Shown here piece by piece: positions 11,321-21,289 of a DNA stretch of 64,000 nucleotides. Both the position numbers and the translations under genes were made by a program. The DNA is from Candidatus Heimdallarchaeota archaeon (GTDB lineage: Archaea > Asgardarchaeota > Wukongarchaeia > Wukongarchaeales > JBHIFL01), in NCBI GenBank assembly GCA_046761065.1, contig JBHIFL010000002.1, positions 1-64,000 on the forward strand. Direction: 5' to 3'. The notes below the pieces were generated by a model. That model saw only the letters and a program-made list of their open reading frames with translations. It was not told where the DNA came from and ran no database searches. The first letter of the stretch is position 1; each line of letters starts with the position of its first letter.

Positions 11321-11908
11321 TTACCGGGCACTGCGAGCGACCCGTTCGATTTCGAGTTTGCGTTTGATGGAGTAAGCCTTGGTGTCATTGCGGGAGGCGA
11401 GGAGGAGTTCATCGGCGACGCATTCCTCAAGGGTGTTCACGTTATTGAAGGCAGCCCGAGAGGCTCCGGAAGCGAGGTAAGAGAGGGCGAGGTCAACGCG
11501 GCGTTGGGGAGCAGTATCGACGGAGGTATGATAGACAATGCCCCCGTAGGAGATGCGAGTCGTTTCTTCGCGGGGGGCAGCATTATCGAGCGCGGAGAGG
11601 AAGATCTGGAGGGGGTTTTGGCCAGTGCGGGCGTGGATAAGGTCGAAAGCATGTTTCACGACATTATAGAGGAGGTGTTTTTTCCCAGCGTTTTTGCCAC
11701 TTATCATGAGGCGGTTAATGAAGCGTTCCACGATATGGGTATCGGCTTTCCCGAAGCGTTTGTTGGCGTTCCGGCCAAAATTATGGAGAGCGAAAGGGGC
11801 CTTCAGGGTGATATAGCGTTGGAGGCCAGGATCGGGTATCGAGCACTCACCAGTGGGCCATTTATCAAAGAGGAGGAGGTTCTCCGGATCGTAAACCAAA
11901 GTTCTCAC
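11321..11908 (-). CDS. rps7: 30S ribosomal protein S7 (uS7)
   Basis: IVERFINRLM, APREETTRISYGG, VDTAPQRRVD, ERVARSAR. Confidence 0.97.
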   Translation of the reverse strand: MRTLVYDPENLLLFDKWPTGECSIPDPGLQRYITLKAPFALHNFGRNANKRFGKADTHIVERFINRLMISGKNAGKKHLLYNVVKHAFDLIHARTGQNPLQIFLSALDNAAPREETTRISYGGIVYHTSVDTAPQRRVDLALSYLASGASRAAFNNVNTLEECVADELLLASRNDTKAYSIKRKLEIERVARSAR

Positions 11909-12654
11909 CAGATAATGAGGGATGAAGCCCTCAGGAGGGAGGGCCTGATGAGGAGGGTAAGGAGGGCATAATATAAGAGGGTATTGACTGAGGAAAGGAA
12001 ACCCCCCCCAAGTCGTTTGGGAGAAGATGGGGTGGGGAGTTTATTTAGGTATAGGTGTGACCCTAAGGTTGGAGGAAGAGGGGGGTAGAGGGGAAGGTGG
12101 AGAAGGCCACGGGAGGAAGAAAGAGGAAAAAGGAAGGACAACGAGAACGGAGGGGAAGAGAGGAAGAGAAGCTTCGATGGGACGAAATGGCTGAAAGAAC
12201 GGGAGGGACAAGAGGGAGGGACAAAGGGGGAAAGAAGAGAGGAGGTGGGTGGAAAAATAATGAAGGGAAGCAAGTATTCCGAAAGAGGGGCGAAAGAGAG
12301 GAGGGGAAGGAGAGCAATACGCGTGAAGAGGAGAGGGAGAGGGAGGTGGTGGCGGGAGGTACAGAAAAGAGCGAGAAGGTGGGAAGAGAAAAACGTAAAG
12401 GGGCAGTATCAAACCCAAGGGTTTAAGTAGGAATAAGCTGGTGAATGGAGGAGAAAGAGCTGAGGGAAACATCGAAAGTTTTTGATAAAAAGGGTAGGCT
12501 TATGAAAGGGGGCAAGTACATCGATAACAGGATCGAAGGAGGATCGAATAACGGGGAATCCCAAAGAGATCTAGCTAGAAGTCGCAAGAGGGGCAGGTAA
12601 GGATCTCAACGAAGTAAAAGAAGTAGCTATGGGAGAATTTTGAGAAAAGCATGA
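11909..12654. repeat. polypurine (+)/polypyrimidine (-) low-complexity intergenic tract
   Basis: long G/A-dominated stretches such as GGGAGGAAGAAAGAGGAAAAAGGAAGG between divergent rps7 and rpoA2. Confidence 0.8.
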
Positions 12655-12675
12655 TTGGGGAGACGTGGGAATATT

Positions 12676-13875
12676 ATGGCCAAAAAAAAGAAGCGGAGAC
12701 TCTTAACGAAGAAAGAGTTAACAGCACAATTGAAGAAGTGGGAAGAGGATCTTCCCATAGAGATGTTAGAAGAGCTCGAAGGAGCGTTAAGGGAAGCCCG
12801 GGTGACGAAGCAAGAGTTTGAAGCGATCATGAAAGCGGTGGAGGAGGAGTATCAGCGGGCGGAGATCGAAGCCGGAGAGGCGGTGGGAACGGTAGCAGCA
12901 CAATCGATTGGAGAGCCGGGGACCCAAATGACCCTACGGACATTCCATTACGCGGGGGTAGCAGAGTTGGATGTAACACTGGGTCTGCCACGATTAATCG
13001 AGATCATTGATGCAAGAAAGGACCCGTCAACGCCTATGATGAGGGTGTATTTGGATGGGCGGGCGCGGGAGGAGTTAGGGCGGGCGCGGGAGGTGGCGCA
13101 CCGGTTGGAGCTGACAACAATCGAGCGGGTAGCGGATAGTGTGGAACTGGACTTAATCAACATGGAGATTGTTATCACGCTAAATCAGCAGTTAATGGAG
13201 AGTAAAGGATTAAAGATGGGGGAGATTGCGGCGCAGGTGAAGCGGTTGAAAAAGGGGACGGTAGTAGAGGAAGGGCGGCGGATCCGGTTGGAGCCCGCAG
13301 GGGAACCGACATTAAAGGATTTGCAGAAACTCGCTGAGCGGGTGCGAGAGCTGCAAGTGAAAGGGGTGAAGGGAGTACGGCGAGCGTTGATCCGCAAAGA
13401 GGGGGAGGAGTATGTGATTTTCACAGAGGGGACGAATTTAGCCGAGACCTTGAGGGTGGTCGGAGTCAATCCCACACGAACGTACACGAATAGTATCATG
13501 GAGATCGCGGGGGTCCTAGGGATCGAGGCCGCACGGGCGGCGATGATTCGGGAGGCGAAAGGGGTGCTAGAAGAGCAAGGGCTAGAAGTGGACGTGCGGC
13601 ATGTGATGCTCGTGGCGGATCTGATGACCCTGACGGGGCAAATCCGCCAGATAGGACGGCATGGGGTCAGTGGGGAGAAAGACAGTGTGTTAGCGCGAGC
13701 GGCGTTTGAAGTGACGGTGAAGCATCTATTAGAGGCGGCAGTAGCAGGGGAAGCGGACAAGCTGCGGGGGGTGACGGAGAATGTGATCATCGGGCAGGTG
13801 ATCCCAGTAGGGACGGGAGTAGTCGAGTTACTAATGACCCCCGGACAAGGGGGGAGACGGAGTGAGGCGAAATGA
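12676..13875 (+). CDS. rpoA2: DNA-directed RNA polymerase subunit A'' (Rpo1C)
   Basis: [45 protein letters not shown]. Confidence 0.98.
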   Translation: MAKKKKRRLLTKKELTAQLKKWEEDLPIEMLEELEGALREARVTKQEFEAIMKAVEEEYQRAEIEAGEAVGTVAAQSIGEPGTQMTLRTFHYAGVAELDVTLGLPRLIEIIDARKDPSTPMMRVYLDGRAREELGRAREVAHRLELTTIERVADSVELDLINMEIVITLNQQLMESKGLKMGEIAAQVKRLKKGTVVEEGRRIRLEPAGEPTLKDLQKLAERVRELQVKGVKGVRRALIRKEGEEYVIFTEGTNLAETLRVVGVNPTRTYTNSIMEIAGVLGIEAARAAMIREAKGVLEEQGLEVDVRHVMLVADLMTLTGQIRQIGRHGVSGEKDSVLARAAFEVTVKHLLEAAVAGEADKLRGVTENVIIGQVIPVGTGVVELLMTPGQGGRRSEAK

Positions 13876-14255
13876 GGGGGGAGAAACCCATGGAGAAAGG
13901 GGAGTTAGACCGAGCAGTAAAGATCGTGATGCGGACGGGAAAAATGGAGTGGGGGTGGAAGAAGGCAAAACAAGCGGTTTTGCGGGGTGGGGTCGAGCTC
14001 TTGATAGTGGCAGCAAACATCCCAATGACAGAGAGAGAAGAACTGAGATATTATGCGACATTAGGTGGGATCCCGATAGTGGAATACCCGGGGACGAGTT
14101 GGGAGTTGGGGGAGGTGTGTGGGCGACCGCATATGATCATGGTATTGATGATAAGGGATGTTGGAGACAGCAAGTTGAAGGAGCTTGGAACGAGAAGCAC
14201 GAACAGGGGAGAAGAGGGCGACACAAGAGCCATGAAGAGCGTGAAAGCAGAATAA
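13872..14255 (+). CDS. rpl30e: 50S ribosomal protein L30e
   Basis: ELG.VCGRPH motif; ATGA overlap with rpoA2; canonical position. Confidence 0.93.
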   Translation: MRGEKPMEKGELDRAVKIVMRTGKMEWGWKKAKQAVLRGGVELLIVAANIPMTEREELRYYATLGGIPIVEYPGTSWELGEVCGRPHMIMVLMIRDVGDSKLKELGTRSTNRGEEGDTRAMKSVKAE

Positions 14256-14275
14256 GGACAAGAGGCAAGGTGGAT

Positions 14276-14731
14276 ATGGTGAATAACAATGAGAAGAGTG
14301 AAAGCGGGGTCAAGCTACGGGGGGAAGAGTTACAATTTATGAGGGATTTCGCGCGGTTGACCGGTGCGGTCCCACGGGATTGCGTGATCGATGGGAATGA
14401 GCGGATTATCTTCGTGGTGAGGGCGGGAGAGGCAGGGCGGGTGATTGGGAAAGGGGGAGCGAACATAAAGCATGTACGAGAGGTGTTTAAGCGGGAGGTG
14501 AATGTGGTGGAATACGATGAAAAACCCGAGAACTTTGTGAAAAACGCATTAGCCCCAGCGAAGATAAAGAATGTCTCGGTGGTGGAGCAGAAGGATGGAA
14601 AACGGGTCTCCGTAGTGGATGTGGACCCAGAGGATCGAGGACGAGCGATCGGGAAGAATGGGCGAAACATTGGGCGGGCCCGGATATTAGCACGGCGGCA
14701 TTTTGGGATCGAGGACATTATTCTTGCGTAA
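14276..14731 (+). CDS. nusA: archaeal NusA-like KH protein
   Basis: VIGKGG and [11 protein letters not shown] motifs; start taken at ATG 14276. Confidence 0.95.
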   Translation: MVNNNEKSESGVKLRGEELQFMRDFARLTGAVPRDCVIDGNERIIFVVRAGEAGRVIGKGGANIKHVREVFKREVNVVEYDEKPENFVKNALAPAKIKNVSVVEQKDGKRVSVVDVDPEDRGRAIGKNGRNIGRARILARRHFGIEDIILA

Positions 14732-14883
14732 GGGAAGGTAGGGCGAGAGGACCTCGAGTTCGGGTTCGGAAACTCGGGGGAGAGGGGTATAGAGGGGGAG
14801 AAACACCAGAACGGAATGGGGGGATGAGTACAATCATAACTGATAAAAGAAGGGGGGGAGAAAGAAGCAAGGAGCGCATCAAG

Positions 14884-15327
14884 ATGGTTCGGTCAAAAGC
14901 ACCAAGCGGCGAGTATGCGGCAAGAAAAGCGAGAAAAAAGCGGAAGAAATTCCGCTGGAGCAGCAATCAGTACAAACGGCGAATGCTGCAGTTAAAGAAA
15001 CGGTTCGATCCGCTGGAGGGCGCGCCACAAGGGCGGGGAATCGTGATCGAGAAGGTGGGAGTGGAAGCGAAACAACCAAATAGTGCGATTAGGAAGTGTG
15101 TCCGCATCCAGTTAATTAAGAATGGAAAGCAAGTGACGGCGTTCGTACCGGGGGATGGGGGGTTGCTGTATGTGGATGAGCATGATGAAGTGGTGATCGA
15201 GGGGATCGGAGGAGCGAAGGGGCGGGCGATGGGAGATTTACCGGGAGTACGATACAAAGTGAGCCTTGTAAATGGGGTATCCTTAGAGGCGTTGTTAAAA
15301 GGGATCAAGGAGAAGCCGCGGCGGTAG
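14884..15327 (+). CDS. rps12: 30S ribosomal protein S12 (uS12)
   Basis: [30 protein letters not shown]. Confidence 0.98.
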   Translation: MVRSKAPSGEYAARKARKKRKKFRWSSNQYKRRMLQLKKRFDPLEGAPQGRGIVIEKVGVEAKQPNSAIRKCVRIQLIKNGKQVTAFVPGDGGLLYVDEHDEVVIEGIGGAKGRAMGDLPGVRYKVSLVNGVSLEALLKGIKEKPRR

Positions 15328-15446
15328 GTGCAAGGCGGTCGGCGAAAAGAGTAGCGGAAGAAAAAGAGAGGGGATCAAGAGAGTGGAAGTGGACGGGTTG
15401 GAGTGGGGTGAGTTTGTGGGAGTGTGAGGAAACCGTAGGTGAAAAG

Positions 15447-18144
15447 TTAAGCTTTCACCTTATTTTGTTGAAGACGAACGCGGATACTTTCAATGAGTTT
15501 AGGGAAGTCAATGTGTTTATAGTGGAGGCGGATGGGATCGACGCCGTCTTCACCGAATTTGAATTGAATGATGTGATTGATGGCATTCCGGACAGTACCG
15601 TCATAACGCACAGTGAGGTCCTGGAGGGCGTTAATGAGACGACGTTGCATGTATCCAGATTGAGAGGTACGAACAGCAGTATCGACGAGGCCTTCACGAC
15701 CGCCTTGGGCATGGAAGAAGAACTCAATAGGATTGAGACCTTCACGATAGTTGGATTTGACAAAGCCCCGAGCGGTGGCGCCAAGGTCTTCCCGATGGAA
15801 ATGGGGAAGGGTGCGATCGCGATAGCCACGGAGGATCCGTTCACCGCGGATGGATTGTTGCCCAATGACGACGCCCATTTGGGTGTAATTGAGGATATTC
15901 CCCCGGGCGCCGGTGGTGACCATGACGGCGATAGGGTTGGTGGGGGCGAGTTGTTGGCGGGCGATTTCACCAGAGCGATCGCGGGCTTCGGAAAGGATCT
16001 GCATGACACGCATTTCCAGGGTTTCTTCAAGAGTGCGGCCGGGAAGGCGTTCCAATTCCTGGCGGTGATACGCTTCGATTAACTTTTCAACTTTGTTGAT
16101 ATTATCGTCAAGGATGCTGTCAATGCGAAGTTTGATCTCTGGTGGGACGTCGACATCATTGAGACCCATACTAAACCCGCGAATGGAGAGGAACTTCAAG
16201 AGGACTATGGAGAGTTGGTCTAAGAAGCGGCGACCTGCCTCAATCCCATGATCGACGATGAGTTTTTGAATCAAGTTTTCGGGTTCTTCGACCCCAATAG
16301 TCCCTTTGTCGATGACTCCGCAGCGGAGCTGGCCGTTTTCAATGAGGACATAGCCCTCATTGGGACAATTTTCTTTCAGGCACTCAGAATGTTTGGTGCA
16401 GGTTTTCGCGCGGGCCTCGAAGTGAAGTGTGGGAGGGAGGAAGAGGGAGAAGATTTGTTTACCTGTCCACAGGGGTTCGGGCTCAGTGACGGCAGGTGGG
16501 GGGAGAGGACCGGCATATTGCCCGGTAACTAAGAGGTTGGCGACTTCTTCGCGGGGGAGGAAGGTGCCGGCGCGGGTGAGGAGGTAGGCAGCAGAGATGT
16601 AATCATGAATAGCCCCGATGATGGGACCACCGTATTTAGGGGTAATAATATGGTTTTGGACGAGGAGAAGGATTTTAGCTTCGGCACGCCCTTCTTCTGA
16701 CTGCGGGACGTGGATATTCATTTCATCGCCATCAAAGTCGGCATTATAGGGGGGAGTGACTTGGAGGTTGAGACGGAAGGTACGGTAGGGCATGACATGG
16801 ACTAAATGGGCCATGATGGACATGCGATGGAGCGAGGGCTGCCGGTTAAAGAGGACAATATCGCCATCACGGAGGTGACGTTCAACGATGAACTCGGTGG
16901 CGAGTTCTTCGGCGACAGTAGAGCGATCAGCGACATAACGGAGATCAATCCGGCGACCATCGGGGCGAACGATATAGTTAGCTCCCGGGAAGCCGTCAGG
17001 ACCGATGAGGATCAATTGTTTCATACTTTCGATGTTCCATTCAGTAACCCGTTCGGGAATGGTAAGAATGCGAGCAATTTCCTTGGGGATACCAACTTCA
17101 TTGATGCTGAGATTGGGATCAGGACTGATGACGGTGCGAGCGGAGAAATCAACGCGTTTCCCGGAGAGGTGGCCGCGAAAACGGCCTTCTTTCCCTTTAA
17201 GGCGTTGGGCGAGGGTACGGAGGGTGCGACCGGAGCGATGGCGGGCAGGGGGGATCCCGGAGACTTCATTATCAAAGAAGGTGGTGACGTGGTACTGGAG
17301 GAGTTCCCAGAGATCTTCGACAATGAGTTGCGGAGCTCCAGCTTCGATATTTTCGCGGAGGCGTTGATTAATGCGAATCGTGTCGACAAGCTTATGGGTG
17401 AGATCATCTTCGGAGCGGACGCCCGTTTCGAGGATGATAGAGGGACGAACGGCGACAGGGGGGACTGGAAGGACGGTGAGGACAATCCATTCTGGGCGCG
17501 CGTAGCGTGGGTCAAAGCCCAGGAGGATGGCGTCTTCGTTGGAAATACGTTCAAGGCGATCACGAATTTCGGAGGGGGAGAGCCGATAATTCCCTTCTTC
17601 GGTTTCCTCATATATAGTGGTGGGTTTCTCAAATTTGATTTTAAACTGAGGATTGCCACAATGGGGGCATTCCATAAGTTTTTTGGCGTTTTTCAGGACC
17701 TCATCAGTTGTAGAACGGAACTGTTCAGTCCGCATATCCCGGAAGTTCGTGAGGGTTTCTTGAAAGGTTTCGAGTTTTTCGGGGGGGAGAAGTATGCGAG
17801 AACAATCGCGACAAATTGATTGGAGGATTTTATGGGCTAACTTGGCATGGCCAACATGAAGGACAGGGCGTGCTAACTCAATATGCCCAAAATGACCGGG
17901 ACATTCGCCAACGCGGTTCCCACAGGTACGACAACGTTGGCCCGGCTCAATAGTCCCCAAGCGAGAATCCATCAAGCCAGAGCTAATGGGAGTGCCATCC
18001 TCATCATACGTTTACAGAGTGAGGGGAGGAAGCCCGTCACCGATCTGCCGTGATGATTCTGGCTGCGGACATTTTTCGTATGTCTTCTGGGGCTAGCAAG
18101 CCGAACTGAATCGATTCAATCTTCTTTAATGGGACTTTAGACAA
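15447..18144 (-). CDS. rpoA1: DNA-directed RNA polymerase subunit A' (Rpo1N); two exons, 18144-18043 and 18011-15447; 888 aa when spliced
   Basis: exon 1 encodes (M)SKVPLKKIESIQFGLLAPEDIRKMSAARIITAD; exon 2 starts TYDEDGTPISSGLMDSRLG; also CPGHFGH, NADFDGD and GGREGLVDTAV motifs. Confidence 0.97.
18012..18042 (-). other. BHB-type intron in rpoA1 pre-mRNA (31 nt)
   Basis: minus strand reads ACG-GCAG-AT|C-GGTGA-CGGGCTTCCTCCCC-TCACT-CTGT-AA|A-CGT: 4-bp central helix, two 3-nt bulges, flanking helices; removal restores ITADTYDEDG. Confidence 0.9.
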
Positions 18145-18597
18145 TGGGTCAACCCCTAGAGCGCGAGAGTAAACTAACGATATAAGCTCAAGAATAAAAA
18201 TAAAGCACTCCGCAAAAATTAGCAAGGGGATGGGATTAAAATCTTGTCAAAGGGACATAAGAGCGTCTGAAAGAAAAAGGTGTAGAAGAATGAGGAGGAA
18301 ATTCTGCCTGAGTGGTGGGAAAAAGGGAGAAAGAAAGCGTATGAGCAGGCTCCAAAGAAGCCCCCGATGCGACAAAGGAGATCACCGCCATACCGTTGGA
18401 AAATCAAAGGAAAGAAGGAAGGGATCCCTAAAAGGCGTGTAGGATGTTGGAAGGGAAAGGTTATGGAAAAAAGAGGAGGGAGCCACGCTGTAAGAGGAGA
18501 AACAAAAACCTTAAGATGAGAAGTCCTAAAGAATAAATAAGAAATGGAGCATGGTAGAGTAGGTGTGTCCGAGAGAAAAAAGAGGACTGGTGAGAAG

Positions 18598-19851
18598 ATG
18601 AAGGGAATTATCCTAGCAGCAACGAAGGGAGCCTATCTCGACCCGCTAACTGAAGGGAAACCGAAAGCGATGATCAAGATCTCAGGGAAGCCGTTGGTGC
18701 AGCATACGATTGAAGCGTTTCGAGATTCGGGGATTCGTGAGTTAATTGTGGTGATCGGCTATAAGGGTGAACAAGTGGTAGAGGAGTTAGGGACGGGAGA
18801 GGCTATCGGGGTGTCACTCACCTATGTAAAGCAAGAAGCACCAGAGGGGGTGGGCCAAGCCGTTTTGGCAGCAAAAAACGCTTTAATAGGAGAAGAACGG
18901 TTTATTTTAGCCTATTCAGATGTGATCATCGCCCCCGAAATGATTGGACGGCTGATCAACGTATCAGATCAAGAGGGGGGCAAAATGACCTTTTCTATCA
19001 CCCTGACGCCTGAGACGAGTCATAGTGGAGTGGTTTACCGGGACGAAGAGGGATGTGTGACTCGAACGGTGGAGAATCCCCTTCCAGGGACTGAAAAAAG
19101 CTATTATGTACTTTCAGGGTTGTATCTGCTAGGACCAACCATTTTAGACCAACTGGAACAAACATCAGCGTTTCCAGAGGCCATTCAAGAGTTAATCAGA
19201 GCCAAAGAGAAGATTTATACTTCTGTGTGGGAGAAACAGTGGGCACACATCCGGTATCCTTGGGACCTGTTCGAGGTAAACCGATTGTTGCTTGATCGAA
19301 TTCAGGAGACGCGAATTCATCGAACTGCGAAGGTGGAACCTAACGTCTCGATCGAACACCCGGTGGTGATCGATAGTGGGGCAATCATTCGACCAGGGGC
19401 AACCCTCCGGGGACCTTCGTATATCGGACCAAATGCGTACATCGGGAATAACAGCCTGATTCGAGAATATACGGACTTAGCGGAGAATGTCCAAATCGGA
19501 TTCTCTTCGGAGATCAAAAAATCCTTGGTGATGGAGAACACGAAGATAGGCAGCCTATCCTATATTGGGGATAGTCTAATTGGGATGAACAGTGAGCTGA
19601 CCGCAGGGATCACGACCATGAACGTCTCAATCCCGCCTGCGCCTTTGGTCGTGACAATCAATGAGAAAGAGTATCAGCCAAATCTGAAGAAACTGGGGGC
19701 GATTGTGGGGAATGGGACCCGAATTAGTGCGAATGTCTCGACCTATCCGGGGGTAATCATTGGGGCGAATGCCCAAATCGGGCCAGGGGCGACCATCACG
19801 CGAAATATCCCCCCGAATAAAGAAGTGCATGCGAACCCCAGCAGATTCTAA
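18598..19851 (+). CDS. sugar-phosphate nucleotidyltransferase with left-handed beta-helix (archaeal GlmU-like)
   Basis: MKGIILAA..G..L.PLT..KPKAMI, YPWDL, hexapeptide repeats, KLGAIVG. Confidence 0.85.
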   Translation: MKGIILAATKGAYLDPLTEGKPKAMIKISGKPLVQHTIEAFRDSGIRELIVVIGYKGEQVVEELGTGEAIGVSLTYVKQEAPEGVGQAVLAAKNALIGEERFILAYSDVIIAPEMIGRLINVSDQEGGKMTFSITLTPETSHSGVVYRDEEGCVTRTVENPLPGTEKSYYVLSGLYLLGPTILDQLEQTSAFPEAIQELIRAKEKIYTSVWEKQWAHIRYPWDLFEVNRLLLDRIQETRIHRTAKVEPNVSIEHPVVIDSGAIIRPGATLRGPSYIGPNAYIGNNSLIREYTDLAENVQIGFSSEIKKSLVMENTKIGSLSYIGDSLIGMNSELTAGITTMNVSIPPAPLVVTINEKEYQPNLKKLGAIVGNGTRISANVSTYPGVIIGANAQIGPGATITRNIPPNKEVHANPSRF

Positions 19852-19915
19852 GGTGCGGTTTGCAACCATCAAACTCAATTGAAGATCCCCAGCAGGTAGA
19901 AGAAGGGAGAATAGA

Positions 19916-20071
19916 TGGGCGGGAGGGGAGATTCGTCAAGAGCAGTGATGAACATGTCCTGAATTCGAACCCCTGACCGCCGGGTCCCGTTCGAGGGGCT
20001 TACCCACTGAAGAATAGCCCAAACCCGGAATCATACCAATCTAGCCATCAAGGTATCTAGACCACCCGCCC
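19916..20071 (-). tRNA. tRNA-Pro(TGG) with three introns: D-loop 20039-20054, anticodon loop ~19986-20017, T-loop 19930-19963
   Basis: removing 16+32+34 nt from 156 nt gives a 74-nt cloverleaf GGGCGGGTGGTCTAGATTGGTATGATTCCGGGTTTGGGACCCGGCGGTCAGGGGTTCGAATCCCCTCCCGCCCA. Confidence 0.9.
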
Positions 20072-20386
20072 AGCTCATTTTCTTTAGGAGAGTTACGAGA
20101 AGAGTACGGGGATGGACAACTGAGCAATTATTTCAGGAGCAGTGAGGTAGCATAGGAGTTTATACAAAGAGGATATAAATATGCGGGTTTGGGGGAGAAG
20201 ACGCCTTTGTGGAAGTGGTGTTTCCGTGTATATAAAAAATGGACTTAGATGTTTGTCCCTTGGGTACAACCTTTTTGGGGAATAGTGTCCGCTCTTACGG
20301 GCTCAAGGAGAGAAAGCGAAGGGAAACCCCTCCCCGAATAAAGAGGAGGGGATAAGGGCGGTATTGAGCTAGGAAGTAGAGTGGAC

Positions 20387-21106
20387 TTACTGGTCATGGC
20401 AGATATTATCAATCGCAATGGTTAAGCCAACGATGAGGAGGCGGTCAACTTGGGGATCCTTGATATGAATGCCATAACTGTCTCCGTAATCGAATATGCC
20501 GTTCAAAAAAAAATCGCGCCATTTATCCGCTTTTTCAACTTCCGCTACAAGATTGCCTTTCTGATCCTGAATAGTGAAGTGAAAACCCATAAAATTGCCT
20601 TGAGCTTTCAAGATTTTCTTCCCCCGATGGTCTTCCAACCAGAGGGACGGGCGAAATACGCTAGTGAGTTTCTTTTTCACTCGACCACGGAGGTTATCTG
20701 TCGCATCTTTAATGTCATAGGTGGGACGGATGGTCACGATCTTTTGGTTGATGGTAGCTGCGATGGTTTGATTGTCAGCCTCTTTAAATTCAATGAGTTT
20801 TCTGATGGAGAGAATGCGGCGATGCATGTGGCCAATCTCATTACCAGCGCGATCATAGATTGGGCCACTCCCCCAATCCCAGTATTTTTCCCGTAAGAAA
20901 TAATATTCTCTTGCGGGGTCAAAGAGTGCACTGGGACGAGGTGCTCCAGCGCGTGTTGGAGCAAAGGGCTCAGGTCGGAGCTCCGCATCAGCTGGGGAGG
21001 GTATTTTCATTGCAGCAGAATCGGCAAGATGAACGGTTGCACCGCATTGACTGCAAAAGCGTTGATCCGGCAGTATCTCATTTCCACACTGACTGCAAAA
21101 AGTCAT
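20387..21106 (-). CDS. zinc-ribbon plus LURP-one-related (tubby/scramblase-like) protein
   Basis: FCSQCG..FCSQCG double zinc ribbon; KIVTIRPTYDI, AQGNFMGFHFTI, DSYGIHI, IAID. Confidence 0.8.
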   Translation of the reverse strand: MTFCSQCGNEILPDQRFCSQCGATVHLADSAAMKIPSPADAELRPEPFAPTRAGAPRPSALFDPAREYYFLREKYWDWGSGPIYDRAGNEIGHMHRRILSIRKLIEFKEADNQTIAATINQKIVTIRPTYDIKDATDNLRGRVKKKLTSVFRPSLWLEDHRGKKILKAQGNFMGFHFTIQDQKGNLVAEVEKADKWRDFFLNGIFDYGDSYGIHIKDPQVDRLLIVGLTIAIDNICHDQ

Positions 21107-21289
21107 TAGATTCACCGAGTATATTTTTGCTGAAGGAATATTTAACTTTGTTCTAAATGAAAAGTGGGACTTATCTTCCAAAAATTAGATTCAAGAAAAA
21201 TAATTACTCAAAATCAAAACCGATCTATCCAGCCATACATTTCTTGTAAAGACACATAAAGAACTTTTTCAATAACTTGAGTGGTTTAA

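Noticed and set aside
13862-14275. N-terminal extension of NusA in the 289-aa ORF call
   Set aside because: It overlaps rpl30e in another frame; NusA homology begins near ATG 14276.
9744-17819. Long antisense ORFs (9744-10742, 11144-11971, 15408-16082, 16806-17819) and low-complexity ORFs at 11905-12472
   Set aside because: They are shadows of real genes or products of the extreme strand skew, with no recognisable motifs.
18012-18042. Spliceosomal GT-AG intron, programmed frameshift or simple sequencing indel as explanations for the rpoA1 break
   Set aside because: The required boundaries are C...AA, not GT...AG. A frameshift or 1-nt error would leave about 10 extra residues in a conserved motif, whereas the BHB cut sites match the needed deletion exactly.
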